Assembly: GCA_026995935.1 (NCBI GenBank)
Contig: JALWNK010000023.1
Span: 2,810 to 66,809 of the forward strand
From: Deltaproteobacteria bacterium
GTDB lineage: Bacteria; Desulfobacterota; Dissulfuribacteria; Dissulfuribacterales; QOAL01
DNA length: 64,000 bases
Direction of reading: 5' to 3'
The translations under genes and the position numbers were made by a program. A model generated the notes under the pieces. That model was not told the origin of the DNA. It searched no databases and saw only the letters and a list, made by a program, of their open reading frames with translations. Shown piece after piece: positions 55,616 to 64,000 of the stretch (position 1 is the first letter of the stretch; each line of letters opens with the position of its first letter).

Positions 55616-56236
55616 ATGAATATAATAGTTTTTTCTGGTTCTCCTCGAAAGAGAGGAAACACCGATCTTTTGGCCGATGCCTTTGTGGCTGGTGCCACCA
55701 GCCAAAGGGCCAACGTAGAGAAGATTCGTCTTATTGAGTTAAAGTATTCGCCATGCATAGAGTGTGGCGGATGCGATGAAACAGGCAAATGTATCTTAAA
55801 AGACGATCTTACTGAAATTTATCCCAAAATTGAAAGTGCAGATGTTGTGGTCCTAGCATCTCCCATGTTCTTCTACAACATTACGGCCAACTCCCAGGCC
55901 CTTGTGGAAAGGTCCCAGGCCTTTTGGGTAAGACAGTATGTGTTGAAGCAGGGCGAGATAGGTGGAAAAAGGAGGCAGGGTATCTTTCTTTCAGCCGGTG
56001 CAACCAAGGGCAAGCTCCTGTTTGATGGAAGCCTCAGGGTAATGAGGTATTTTTTTGATGCCATTGGTGGTGATCTTGCCGCTGCCCTTTTGATAAGGGG
56101 TGCAGAAAAAAAAGGTGAAATCAAGGAAATACCAGGCGCCCTTGAAACTGCAGAACGGTTGGGCAGTTGTGCTGCATCAAATGGCGACTATTCCCAAATA
56201 GAGGGCCTTTGGGTGCCAGGGGGCAAGAACAAATGA
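55616..56236 (+). CDS. iron-sulfur flavoprotein / NADPH-dependent FMN reductase family
   Basis: ATG at 55616 (RBS GGAGAAGG). NIIVFSGSPRKRGNT flavodoxin-like P-loop. CIECGGCDETGKC is the compact C-x2-C-x2-C-x5-C cluster of Isf-type proteins. Confidence 0.8.
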   Translation: MNIIVFSGSPRKRGNTDLLADAFVAGATSQRANVEKIRLIELKYSPCIECGGCDETGKCILKDDLTEIYPKIESADVVVLASPMFFYNITANSQALVERSQAFWVRQYVLKQGEIGGKRRQGIFLSAGATKGKLLFDGSLRVMRYFFDAIGGDLAAALLIRGAEKKGEIKEIPGALETAERLGSCAASNGDYSQIEGLWVPGGKNK

Positions 56237-56712
56237 GCAAGACCTTTAAAGAAGGCACAATAGACGGGGTGACAGTACGGGAGCTAAAGAGGTTTCTTGA
56301 TTACCGCGGCTGGCTCTGTGAGCTTTTCAGGGAGGATGAGCTGTCAGAAGAGGTAATGCCCGTAATGTCATACTGTTCCCTTACCTATCCGGGAATAGCA
56401 AGGGGTCCCCATGCTCATAAGTATCAGACGGATATATTCTGTTTTGTGGGCCCTGGTAACTTTGAGGTGAGGCTATGGGACAACCGTCCAGAGTCTCCAA
56501 CATACGGGGTCATGCAAAAAATTTTTGCAGGAACGGATAGACCAATGTCAGTTATTGTCCCTCCCGGAGTGGTACATGGTTACAAGGTGGTGGGCCCCGA
56601 ACCAGGACTTGTTTTTAACTGTCCCAACAGGCTTTACGCAGGCCGTGGCAGGATGGATGAGGTTGACGAAATAAGGTATGAAGACCACAAGGAATCACCC
56701 TTCAGGTTTTAG
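56233..56712 (+). CDS. RmlC-like cupin (dTDP-4-dehydrorhamnose 3,5-epimerase family)
   Basis: ATG at 56233 overlaps the upstream stop as ATGA. About 159 aa. F.D.RGWL.ELFR and the ARGPHAH...Q pattern resemble sugar-nucleotide epimerase cupins. Assignment is moderate. Confidence 0.6.
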   Translation: MSKTFKEGTIDGVTVRELKRFLDYRGWLCELFREDELSEEVMPVMSYCSLTYPGIARGPHAHKYQTDIFCFVGPGNFEVRLWDNRPESPTYGVMQKIFAGTDRPMSVIVPPGVVHGYKVVGPEPGLVFNCPNRLYAGRGRMDEVDEIRYEDHKESPFRF

Positions 56713-56727
56713 TATGTCTTTATAGTC

Positions 56728-59322
56728 ATGGAACCGGATCTCAGGCAAATACAGGATTTTCTTGATAGACTGTCTTTACCGTGCCTGTTAGTGGATGACT
56801 ATTGTAACGTGATACACGCCTCCACGGCCCTTGGAAAGGGCGGTGATCCTGAGATACTTCAGAATTATCAACGACTACTGACCCCTCTTCTTGCCAGACT
56901 TTCTTGCGCAAGCCACGGGGGAAAAAAAGGGGAAGACAGCACCATAAGTTTTCAGGTTGATCCCCAGATCTTTGGTGTTGGCCCGTTTCTCAGATGCAGT
57001 GTCATGCCTATAATGGCAAGCAACAAAAAGAGGTATTGTCTTTTGTTCTTTTCTGACATCACCTCTTCCACAATACTTGAACATCTTCCAATAGTTTCAA
57101 TCTACTCATCCACCAGTGATATTCTGAACATCAAGTTTGCAACTTCAACACTGTCGTCTTGGACAGGAATCCCCATTGAGAAGTTTATAAACGATGATGA
57201 TACCTACAGGCTTCTTATCCATCCGGAGGACAGGGCAAGGGTAACTAGTTTTTTTAAAAACTTTCAGGCAGGCCATTCAGAGGGGCCGGGCAGTACATCC
57301 TACCGTCTGACGCATACCAATGGGAGTTACCGCTGGGTGGAACACAAGATCATTCTCGATACGTGCTCTTGTGGAAACGGTTCCTGCTTTTCCATGTTAA
57401 GGGATATTACCGCCCAAAAGGAACTGGAATTTGCCTTGAGCGGCGCAGAGGCAAGATTTCAGCTTTTTTTTGAAAAAGGTCCTTTGGGTTTTCTATGCAT
57501 CGATCGTACAGGGATGATAGTTGATTGCAACAAGCAGCTTGCAGACCTTATAGGTGTAAAAAGGGACGATTTAATAGGTCTCAACTCCCTGTCATCTGCA
57601 AGTCCAACCTTCAGGGACTGGGCAAGGGAGGTCCTTAGGGGAAACGAAATCAAGTTTACCGGAAGATATGTTACAGCCCTTACGGAAAAGGAGCTTTTCA
57701 TATCCCTTCTTGGGTTTCCCCTGAAAAATGACGAAGATGTGGTAATTGGCGCATATGCACTGGTAGAGGATCTTAGCAGCAGGAAGGAACTCGAAGAGAA
57801 ACTTGTAGCCCAGAGGGACTTTAACAAACTGATAATAGAGACTGCCGAGGTGCTGGTTGCGGAAATACTGCAGGATTGCACCATCTCACAGGTTAATACA
57901 GTTTTTTCAGACCTATTGGGAAGGCCTCAGGCAGAGCTTGTTGGACTGCCCTTTCAAAATCTTATGGTTCCACCGGCCCCAGAACTGGCGAGGGTAATGG
58001 CAACAGTATCAAGGCGTGATTCCCAGAATGCAAGCTTTGAATCCTATGTTACAGATTGGAAGGGGAGGAAGAGACTGATCTCCTGGAAGATCAGCCTATA
58101 CCCTTCTTCTAACGATCATGCAAACGAACATTATCTCGTAGTTGGAACAGACATCACCTCCCAGAGACAGCTCCAGGAGAAGCTCAGGGAAGTACAGAAA
58201 ATGGAGGCGATTGGTCGTCTTGCAGGGGGGGTTGCCCACGATTTCAACAATCAGCTCACTGCAATAATGGGATACTGCCAAATGCTTCTTATGGAAATGG
58301 ATCCCAAGTCCGACCAATACAGGAAGCTTCAAATAATTAACAAGGCTGCAAAGAGGGCGGCGGAAACCACAAACCAGCTCTTGGCTTTCAGCAGGAAACA
58401 GACCCTAAAGCCTGAAAGGGTACCCCTTAATAAGGCAGTAAAGGAGGCCTGCAATTTTTTCGAAAGACTCCTGGGAGAAGAGATAGAGGTGAAATTTCTG
58501 CCTGGTAAAAGCGATTGTGTCATAGAGGTAGACCCGGGAAGATTCCTGCAGATTTTCCTGAATCTTGCGCTCAATTCCAGGGACGCCATGGATGGCAAGG
58601 GCACGGTAATAGTGTCGTCAAGGGTTTCAAGGAGTAAAAAGGTGCTTGAGCGGCTAAAGGGGAAATGCAAAAAAGCCGCCATTATTACATTCCAGGACGA
58701 TGGATGCGGCATGGAAAAAGAGGTGCTGGAAAAGGCATTTGAACCCTTTTTTACCACTAAACCCCTAGGTCAGGGAACCGGTCTTGGCCTTGCCATGATC
58801 TATGGGACTGTAAAGCAAAGCAGTGGAGACATCTCTATAGAAAGTTCTCCCGGCAGTGGAACAAAGGTTACCATATTTCTTCCAGCCTATAGCTCCAAGG
58901 GAAAATATAAGACCACCATAAAAAAACTTGAGGTGGAGAGGGATATCAAGGGGGGAGGAAAGCTGGTTTTTCTCTTGGAAGATGAGCAGATAGTTCGGTC
59001 TACCGTGGTTGAGTTTCTAAAAAAACTTGGTTTTAAGGTACGGCACTTTTCTACCCCAAAACAGTTAGAGGAATTTCTTGAGTCCTATCAGGGACCACAT
59101 CCAGATATCTTCATCACGGATGTAGTAATGCCAGGAAAAGACGGTTTTGAGGTGGCAAAAGAGATTAACAGGCTGTTTCCAGAGGTAAAAACCGTGTTGA
59201 TGTCAGGATACAATGAACAGGTACTTGAGAAGAAGGGACAGGTCTCAAGCGTTGGGTGTTTTATCCAGAAGCCCTTCACCATGAGGGAACTCAAAGACGT
59301 CCTTTACAAGGCAATTGGTTAG
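56728..59322 (+). CDS. hybrid sensor histidine kinase (multiple PAS + HisKA + HATPase + C-terminal REC)
   Basis: 864 aa with no TM segment and several PAS-like units. H-box LAGGVAHDFNNQL. HATPase (GQGTGLGLAMIYGTVKQSSG). Receiver domain (LLEDEQIV...ITDVVMPGKDG...KPF). Confidence 0.88.
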   Translation: MEPDLRQIQDFLDRLSLPCLLVDDYCNVIHASTALGKGGDPEILQNYQRLLTPLLARLSCASHGGKKGEDSTISFQVDPQIFGVGPFLRCSVMPIMASNKKRYCLLFFSDITSSTILEHLPIVSIYSSTSDILNIKFATSTLSSWTGIPIEKFINDDDTYRLLIHPEDRARVTSFFKNFQAGHSEGPGSTSYRLTHTNGSYRWVEHKIILDTCSCGNGSCFSMLRDITAQKELEFALSGAEARFQLFFEKGPLGFLCIDRTGMIVDCNKQLADLIGVKRDDLIGLNSLSSASPTFRDWAREVLRGNEIKFTGRYVTALTEKELFISLLGFPLKNDEDVVIGAYALVEDLSSRKELEEKLVAQRDFNKLIIETAEVLVAEILQDCTISQVNTVFSDLLGRPQAELVGLPFQNLMVPPAPELARVMATVSRRDSQNASFESYVTDWKGRKRLISWKISLYPSSNDHANEHYLVVGTDITSQRQLQEKLREVQKMEAIGRLAGGVAHDFNNQLTAIMGYCQMLLMEMDPKSDQYRKLQIINKAAKRAAETTNQLLAFSRKQTLKPERVPLNKAVKEACNFFERLLGEEIEVKFLPGKSDCVIEVDPGRFLQIFLNLALNSRDAMDGKGTVIVSSRVSRSKKVLERLKGKCKKAAIITFQDDGCGMEKEVLEKAFEPFFTTKPLGQGTGLGLAMIYGTVKQSSGDISIESSPGSGTKVTIFLPAYSSKGKYKTTIKKLEVERDIKGGGKLVFLLEDEQIVRSTVVEFLKKLGFKVRHFSTPKQLEEFLESYQGPHPDIFITDVVMPGKDGFEVAKEINRLFPEVKTVLMSGYNEQVLEKKGQVSSVGCFIQKPFTMRELKDVLYKAIG

Positions 59323-59449
59323 CCCCGTATCTTTCTTCTTTGGTTTCACAAACTAACACTGATTGACATTGCCTCCCCACTTAGATTAATTTCATTGGAC
59401 CTTTAGTTGTCAATTGTCAAAAAATATATGTGTGACAAAAGGAAAAATC

Positions 59450-59647
59450 ATGAAAAAGAAGGAAGTATATCTGGACAAGTTTCACTGCAAGGGGTGTGGC
59501 GCCTGTGAAGAGGTGGCTCCAGAGGCCTTCAGGCTTGATGAGACGGAGAAGGCCGATTTTCTCGGTGAGGACAAGGCCTCCCTTGAAGAGCTTGAAATGG
59601 CAGCCAACATGTGCCCAACAAAATGCATAGAGATAATTGAGGAATAG
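59450..59647 (+). CDS. small single-cluster ferredoxin
   Basis: 65 aa from ATG 59450. CKGCGAC...CP motif (C-x2-C-x2-C...CP) typical of mono-cluster [4Fe-4S]/[3Fe-4S] ferredoxins. Confidence 0.7.
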   Translation: MKKKEVYLDKFHCKGCGACEEVAPEAFRLDETEKADFLGEDKASLEELEMAANMCPTKCIEIIEE

Positions 59648-59723
59648 GGACCTGTCAGTTGAATGATTGTGGCTCCAATGTTAACGGGATCCCTGCCAAA
59701 ATAATAGAAGAGGACCTGCCTTA

Positions 59724-60542
59724 ATGAATCAGGAAACCGCTACAGGTGGCGGAAACTTAATAGGCCTAATAAACCTTCTTGGTAAGACGACCCTGAATAT
59801 TATTGGGGAACTGGGGGCCGTGGCCATCTTTTTTTTCCACGGTTTTCTTCTCATTTTTTCTCTCCCTTTCCAGTTCAGGAAAGTGGTTCAGCAGGTATAT
59901 TTCATCGGTGTCAAATCCTTTTTGATTATAAGCCTCATAGGCCTTTTTACCGGCATGGTGCTCGGCCTTCAGGGTTACTACACCCTGGTAAAGTTTGGCT
60001 CTGAAGGAATGCTTGGGGCAGCCGTTGCCCTGTCCCTCATAAGAGAGCTTGGCCCAGTGCTTACTGCCCTTATGATAATTGGCAGGGCAGGCTCTTCCAT
60101 TGCCGCAGAAATCGGCATAATGCGTATATCTGAGCAAATCGATGCCTTAGACACCATGGATATAAATCCCATGAGGTTTCTGGTGAGCCCAAGGATTGCC
60201 GCATCTGTAATCACCTTTCCCTTGCTTACTGCCCTTTTCGATGTAATTGGAATAATAGGGGGTTATCTTACGGGAGTGCTCCTTCTCGGTGTGAACTCAG
60301 GTATATTTTTCAACAGGATATATGACAGTGTTGTTGCCAAGGACATAAATGGTGGTTTTATAAAGAGCCTGGTTTTTGCACTGGTGGTTTCCACCATATG
60401 CTGTTACCAGGGATATTTTACGCACATGCGGCCAGGCGGGTTTGGAGCCAAGGGAGTGAGCCTTGCAACCACCTCGGCCGTTGTCATTTCATGCGTGCTA
60501 GTTCTTGTACTGGACTATGTTTTGACCTCCTTCTTGCTGTGA
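59724..60542 (+). CDS. mlaE: MlaE-type ABC permease (phospholipid/lipid asymmetry transporter)
   Basis: 272 aa. FIGVKS...GMVLGLQ and RELGPVLTALMIIGRAGS...AEIG.M...EQIDAL are MlaE/Ttg2B signatures. Confidence 0.88.
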   Translation: MNQETATGGGNLIGLINLLGKTTLNIIGELGAVAIFFFHGFLLIFSLPFQFRKVVQQVYFIGVKSFLIISLIGLFTGMVLGLQGYYTLVKFGSEGMLGAAVALSLIRELGPVLTALMIIGRAGSSIAAEIGIMRISEQIDALDTMDINPMRFLVSPRIAASVITFPLLTALFDVIGIIGGYLTGVLLLGVNSGIFFNRIYDSVVAKDINGGFIKSLVFALVVSTICCYQGYFTHMRPGGFGAKGVSLATTSAVVISCVLVLVLDYVLTSFLL

Positions 60543-60545
60543 GAC

Positions 60546-61787
60546 ATGGACATGCCGCAACCCTTTATTGAATTCAAAGACGTATCAAAAAGTTTTGGCA
60601 ATCTTCAGGTGCTGGACGGCGTAAATCTCAAGATTTATTCGGGAGAAATTACCTCCATAATAGGTAAAAGCGGGGTTGGAAAAAGCGTCCTTTTAAAGCA
60701 CATAATAGGGCTTCTAAAGCCGGATTCTGGTCAGATTTTGATTAAGGGCAAGCCCTTGAGTGAGTTTTCAAGGCCTGAGTGGAGGGAATTCAAGAGGTCC
60801 CTGAGTTACATGTTTCAAAACAACGCCCTTTTTGATTCGTTGACAGTTTTTGAAAACATCGCCCTGCCTCTTGTGGAAAGGACAAGTCTTCCCGGCTCTG
60901 AGATAAAGAAAAAGGTGGACTACAGGATTCACCAGTTTGAGCTCAATGAAGTCAAGGACCGCTATCCGTCCCAGATATCAGGGGGTATGCAAAAGAGGGT
61001 GGCCCTGGCAAGGGCGTTGGTGACAGAGCCAACCATGATCCTTTTTGATGAGCCAACGACTGGCCTTGACCCCTTGAGGAAAAATGCCGTATTGAACATG
61101 ATCGCCCACTATCAGCATGAGATAGGCTTTACTGGGGTGATGGTGAGCCATGATATTCCTGATGTCTTTTTTATAAGTAACAGGGTGGCCATAATAGAAA
61201 ACAGGAAAATACCCTTTCAGGGTACACCGCTTGAGCTTGAACAGTCCGATGACGAAATCGTATGGCAGTTCATACATGGGCAGGAGGTCCTTCAGGATCA
61301 GCTTACTGGGCTTGATCCAAGGCCCGAGGTGGAAAAACTCTTTAAGGAACTCCTTTCTGAAGTGGCCGCAAAGAAGAAGACCTTTTCCGTTGCCCTTTTT
61401 ACCATTGATGACCTTGATGAAATCAAAAAACACGTTGGATACATTGCATCCCAGAGAATATTTCAATGTATGGCAATGGGCATCAAGGGGCTGCTCCATT
61501 CAAAGGAGTACGCAGCACGATTTGGCTCTGGTGAAATACTATCCGTTTTTCCAGATTCTGGACTTGACAGAGCCAGGGAGGTCATTAGTGGGCTTTCAAG
61601 AGGCTGCTCAAACCAGGAGTTGATGGACCCGTCCAAGTACAAAAAGGTTTGCATAGATTTTGCATTGAAGGCGGGTGCCATAGAGGTAAGGGAACCCGTT
61701 GATTTAACCACCCTGCTGGAAAAACTCAGGGAGAATCAAGAGGTGATAGCAAAAATGGAATGTAGGGGAGTAGCAGACAAAAAATGA
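60546..61787 (+). CDS. mlaF: MlaF-type ABC ATPase with ~160-aa C-terminal degenerate GGDEF-like domain
   Basis: 413 aa. Walker A GKSGVGKS, signature ISGGMQKRVALARAL and Walker B ILFDEPT (aa 1-250). The tail aa 251-413 follows the GGDEF-fold order: DQLTGL, FSVALFTIDDLDEIKKHVGY, RFGSGEILSVFPD. Confidence 0.88.
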   Translation: MDMPQPFIEFKDVSKSFGNLQVLDGVNLKIYSGEITSIIGKSGVGKSVLLKHIIGLLKPDSGQILIKGKPLSEFSRPEWREFKRSLSYMFQNNALFDSLTVFENIALPLVERTSLPGSEIKKKVDYRIHQFELNEVKDRYPSQISGGMQKRVALARALVTEPTMILFDEPTTGLDPLRKNAVLNMIAHYQHEIGFTGVMVSHDIPDVFFISNRVAIIENRKIPFQGTPLELEQSDDEIVWQFIHGQEVLQDQLTGLDPRPEVEKLFKELLSEVAAKKKTFSVALFTIDDLDEIKKHVGYIASQRIFQCMAMGIKGLLHSKEYAARFGSGEILSVFPDSGLDRAREVISGLSRGCSNQELMDPSKYKKVCIDFALKAGAIEVREPVDLTTLLEKLRENQEVIAKMECRGVADKK

Positions 61788-62236
61788 AGAAATATTCCCA
61801 GGAGACCATAGTTGGAGTCTTTGTCCTGATTGGCATACTGTGCGTTGGGTACCTCACGATAAAGCTTGGCAAGATGGAGCTGCTTGGAGGAGACTACTAT
61901 CATATCTCTGCCACCTTTGATAATGTTGCAGGGCTTAAGCCAGACAGTAGTGTACAGATGGCAGGGGTCGAAATTGGAAGGGTCCAGTCCATCAGCCTGG
62001 ATACCAGGGACTACGTGGCAGTGGTCAAGATGAAGATAAAAAAGAACGTGCCCATTCAGGAAGACGCCATCGCCTCAGTAAAGACCAGTGGTCTTATAGG
62101 AGATAAATATGTAAGTATTCAGCCTGGGGGTTCAGATGAACTTCTTAGCGATGGTGGCGTAATTACTGATACAGAATCTGCTATAGACATAGAAAGCCTT
62201 ATTAGCAAGTATGTATTTGGCAGTGTAAAGAAGTGA
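61784..62236 (+). CDS. mlaD: MlaD (MCE-domain) periplasmic component
   Basis: 150 aa. N-terminal TM (ETIVGVFVLIGILCVGYL). MCE core (V.GL...S.V.MAGV.IG.V). Confidence 0.85.
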   Translation: MKKYSQETIVGVFVLIGILCVGYLTIKLGKMELLGGDYYHISATFDNVAGLKPDSSVQMAGVEIGRVQSISLDTRDYVAVVKMKIKKNVPIQEDAIASVKTSGLIGDKYVSIQPGGSDELLSDGGVITDTESAIDIESLISKYVFGSVKK

Positions 62237-62282
62237 TACCTGTTTTTTTCTTAACAAGTCATGGACAAGGAGGAATCCTTCA

Positions 62283-62954
62283 ATGATAAAGATTAACAGA
62301 TTCAAGTGTTGGCAAACCGCCTTAATCGTATTTCTTGTTGCATTTCTTTCATGTGTTGGAATTGGCTTGTCCTCAGTCAGGGTAGACCCAACGCCCAAAA
62401 AGGAAGTAAGGAATCTTGTCAACCAGGTGCTGGATGTTTTAAGGGATCCAAAGCTCAAGGCGCCAGACAAAGCGAAGCTCAGGAGGCAAAAGCTTCGTAA
62501 TCTTGTGGAGCAGATTTTTGATCTTAATGAAATCGCACATCGGGTGCTTGGAAGGTACAACAGGCGTTTTACAAAGAAACAGTTTGAGGAGTTCAAGGAG
62601 CTTTTTGCAAAGATGCTTGAAAGCATATACCTCACCAGGATAGAACACTATTCAGGTGAAAAGGTCATATTTGAGGAAGAAAGAATGCTTTCTCCCACCA
62701 AGGTTGCGGTGCCTACCAAGATAATTAAGGATGGACAGGAGATCCCTGTAGAATATCGTCTGCTCAAGAGAAGGAAAGACGGCAAGTGGATCGGTTACGA
62801 TGTTGTGATAGAGGGTGTGAGCCTGGTGAAAAACTATCGCAGCCAGTTCTACCAGGTTCTTAAGAAAAAGGATGTAAATGACCTTCTGGCCATGATGAGG
62901 GATAAGGTGAAACACCTTTCTGAGGAGAACAAATCGGCCAAGGCCAAATCTTAG
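62283..62954 (+). CDS. mlaC: MlaC/Ttg2D-family periplasmic lipid-binding protein
   Basis: 223 aa with a signal/anchor segment. FDLNEIAHRVLGRYNRRFTKKQFEEFKELF and GKWIGYDVVIEGVSLVKNYRSQF match the Tgt2/MlaC pattern. Confidence 0.8.
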   Translation: MIKINRFKCWQTALIVFLVAFLSCVGIGLSSVRVDPTPKKEVRNLVNQVLDVLRDPKLKAPDKAKLRRQKLRNLVEQIFDLNEIAHRVLGRYNRRFTKKQFEEFKELFAKMLESIYLTRIEHYSGEKVIFEEERMLSPTKVAVPTKIIKDGQEIPVEYRLLKRRKDGKWIGYDVVIEGVSLVKNYRSQFYQVLKKKDVNDLLAMMRDKVKHLSEENKSAKAKS

Positions 62955-62981
62955 ACTTCGGGGAGAGAAAGGGGAGGGCAC

Positions 62982-64000
62982 GTGATAGTCAGACCAGACA
63001 AACTGTCCGACAAGGAGAGGCAGAAGACAATAGCAAGGCTGTGGGAAAAGGATCCAAGCCTTTGGAGTTCCAGGGAGGAGGACTTTGAGCTCATAAAGAA
63101 CAGGCTTGGATGGCTTGATGTGATTGACCGCATCCAGGACAAACTGGACGAGATCAAAGAATTTGGACATAGTGTAAAAAGGGACGGGTTCAAAAGGGTT
63201 TGTCTGCTGGGCATGGGAGGGTCAAGCCTGTTTGCCCTCGTTATCTCCCAGATTTTTGGACCGGCAGAAGGTTTTCCCGAACTCGTTGTTCTTGATACCA
63301 CCGATCCTGAAGAAATTGAGAAGGTCATGGCCTCTGACCTTGAAAAGACACTATTTATTGTTGCAAGCAAATCCGGAACAACCACGGAAGTACAGGCGCT
63401 TTTCAACTATTTTTGGGATAAGGTAAGCAAAATTACCGATAAACCTGGAGGCCATTTCGTGGCCATTACTGACCCGGGCACGCCACTTGAGAAGCTTTCA
63501 GAGGAGAGGGGCTTTTCCAGGTGTTTTCTTAACTACCCTGACATTGGCGGCAGATATTCGGCGCTGTCATACTTTGGGCTCATTCCCGCATCTGTTCTAG
63601 GTATGGATATCGAACTCCTGGTTGAGCGGGCAGACGAAATGAGAAAGAGATGCAGGCCCGAGGTCCCCTTTAATGAGAATCCTGGCTACATCCTTGGTGC
63701 TTTCATGGGGCTTTTCGGATGCCAGAGTCGGGACAAGCTCACCATACTCGCAGATCCACCTGTAAAACCCTTTGGCCTGTGGCTGGAACAGCTCATTGCT
63801 GAAAGCAGTGGCAAAGATACCCTGGGCCTGGTTCCCGTAGTTGGTGAATCAACTGGTATCCCCGGTTTTTACGGGGGGGAACGCATTTTTGTTTACATGC
63901 GTATGAAGGATACGCCCAAGGAGAGCTCCCTTGACACATTCGTGGAGGAGCTCAAGGAGGCGGATTTCCCTGTGGAGGTCCTTTTTTTAAACGACCTTTA
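62982..64000 (+). CDS. pgi: glucose-6-phosphate isomerase (partial, runs off window end)
   Basis: Not in the ORF track because there is no stop. GTG at 62982 follows RBS GAAAGGGGAGGG and an in-frame TAG at 62952. My translation reads VIVRPDKLSDKERQKTIARLWEKDPSLW...VCLLGMGGSSLFA...FIVASKSGTTTE...GGRYSALS, which are PGI SIS-domain motifs. Confidence 0.85.
   Translation, partial: MIVRPDKLSDKERQKTIARLWEKDPSLWSSREEDFELIKNRLGWLDVIDRIQDKLDEIKEFGHSVKRDGFKRVCLLGMGGSSLFALVISQIFGPAEGFPELVVLDTTDPEEIEKVMASDLEKTLFIVASKSGTTTEVQALFNYFWDKVSKITDKPGGHFVAITDPGTPLEKLSEERGFSRCFLNYPDIGGRYSALSYFGLIPASVLGMDIELLVERADEMRKRCRPEVPFNENPGYILGAFMGLFGCQSRDKLTILADPPVKPFGLWLEQLIAESSGKDTLGLVPVVGESTGIPGFYGGERIFVYMRMKDTPKESSLDTFVEELKEADFPVEVLFLNDL

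Overview
64-kb chromosomal window, roughly 50% GC by eye (not computed). Gene content points to an anaerobic, sigma-54-rich bacterium: SelB, MetF with a Cys-rich C-terminal domain, 2-oxoacid:ferredoxin oxidoreductase, iron-sulfur flavoprotein, and a Nik/Cbi ECF transporter. That suggests a Desulfobacterota/Thermodesulfobacteriota-like organism, but this is inference only. No rRNA, tRNA or CRISPR array was seen. Layout: (1) 0.26-13.2 kb holds a candidate sigma-54 promoter, then a small PEP-CTERM protein and two giant secreted multidomain proteins of 1566 and 2398 aa. The first giant protein has a thermolysin-like HExxH...ExxxD motif. The second has Ig/Big_2 arrays, a LecA-like lectin domain and a near-identical ABAB tandem repeat. 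A polytopic membrane LuxR regulator lies convergent to them. (2) 14.8-19.8 kb is a ZraPSR-like divergent module: a sigma-54 two-component system plus a small periplasmic protein, facing a secreted DUF2202 ferritin-like protein and a glycine-zipper protein. (3) 19.8-41.6 kb is mostly housekeeping and transport: cobT, cobU, a PAS kinase, rarA, an NSS symporter, vapBC, an SLC13 permease, OFOR alpha/beta, an APC permease, a THUMP methylase, a second sigma-54 two-component system, a GT2, and nikK-(cbiM/nikL fusion)-cbiQ-cbiO. (4) 41.9-44.9 kb is the most unusual structure. A 2249-bp AT-rich insertion sits between two 364-bp direct repeats of 95% identity that duplicate the convergent cbiO/hisA 3' ends. 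It carries a frameshifted IS5-type transposase remnant, an orphan secreted N/G/D-rich protein with its own promoter, and a GC-rich block with nested helices. (5) 44.8-64 kb holds hisA, metF fusion, selB, metG, PSP1/RicT, holB, PBP1A, a flavoprotein, an RmlC-like cupin, a hybrid kinase, a ferredoxin, mlaEFDC and a partial pgi. The MlaF ATPase carries a degenerate GGDEF-like C-terminal domain and the operon has no MlaB. All calls rest on reading the ORF translations and DNA by eye. No database search or folding computation was run.
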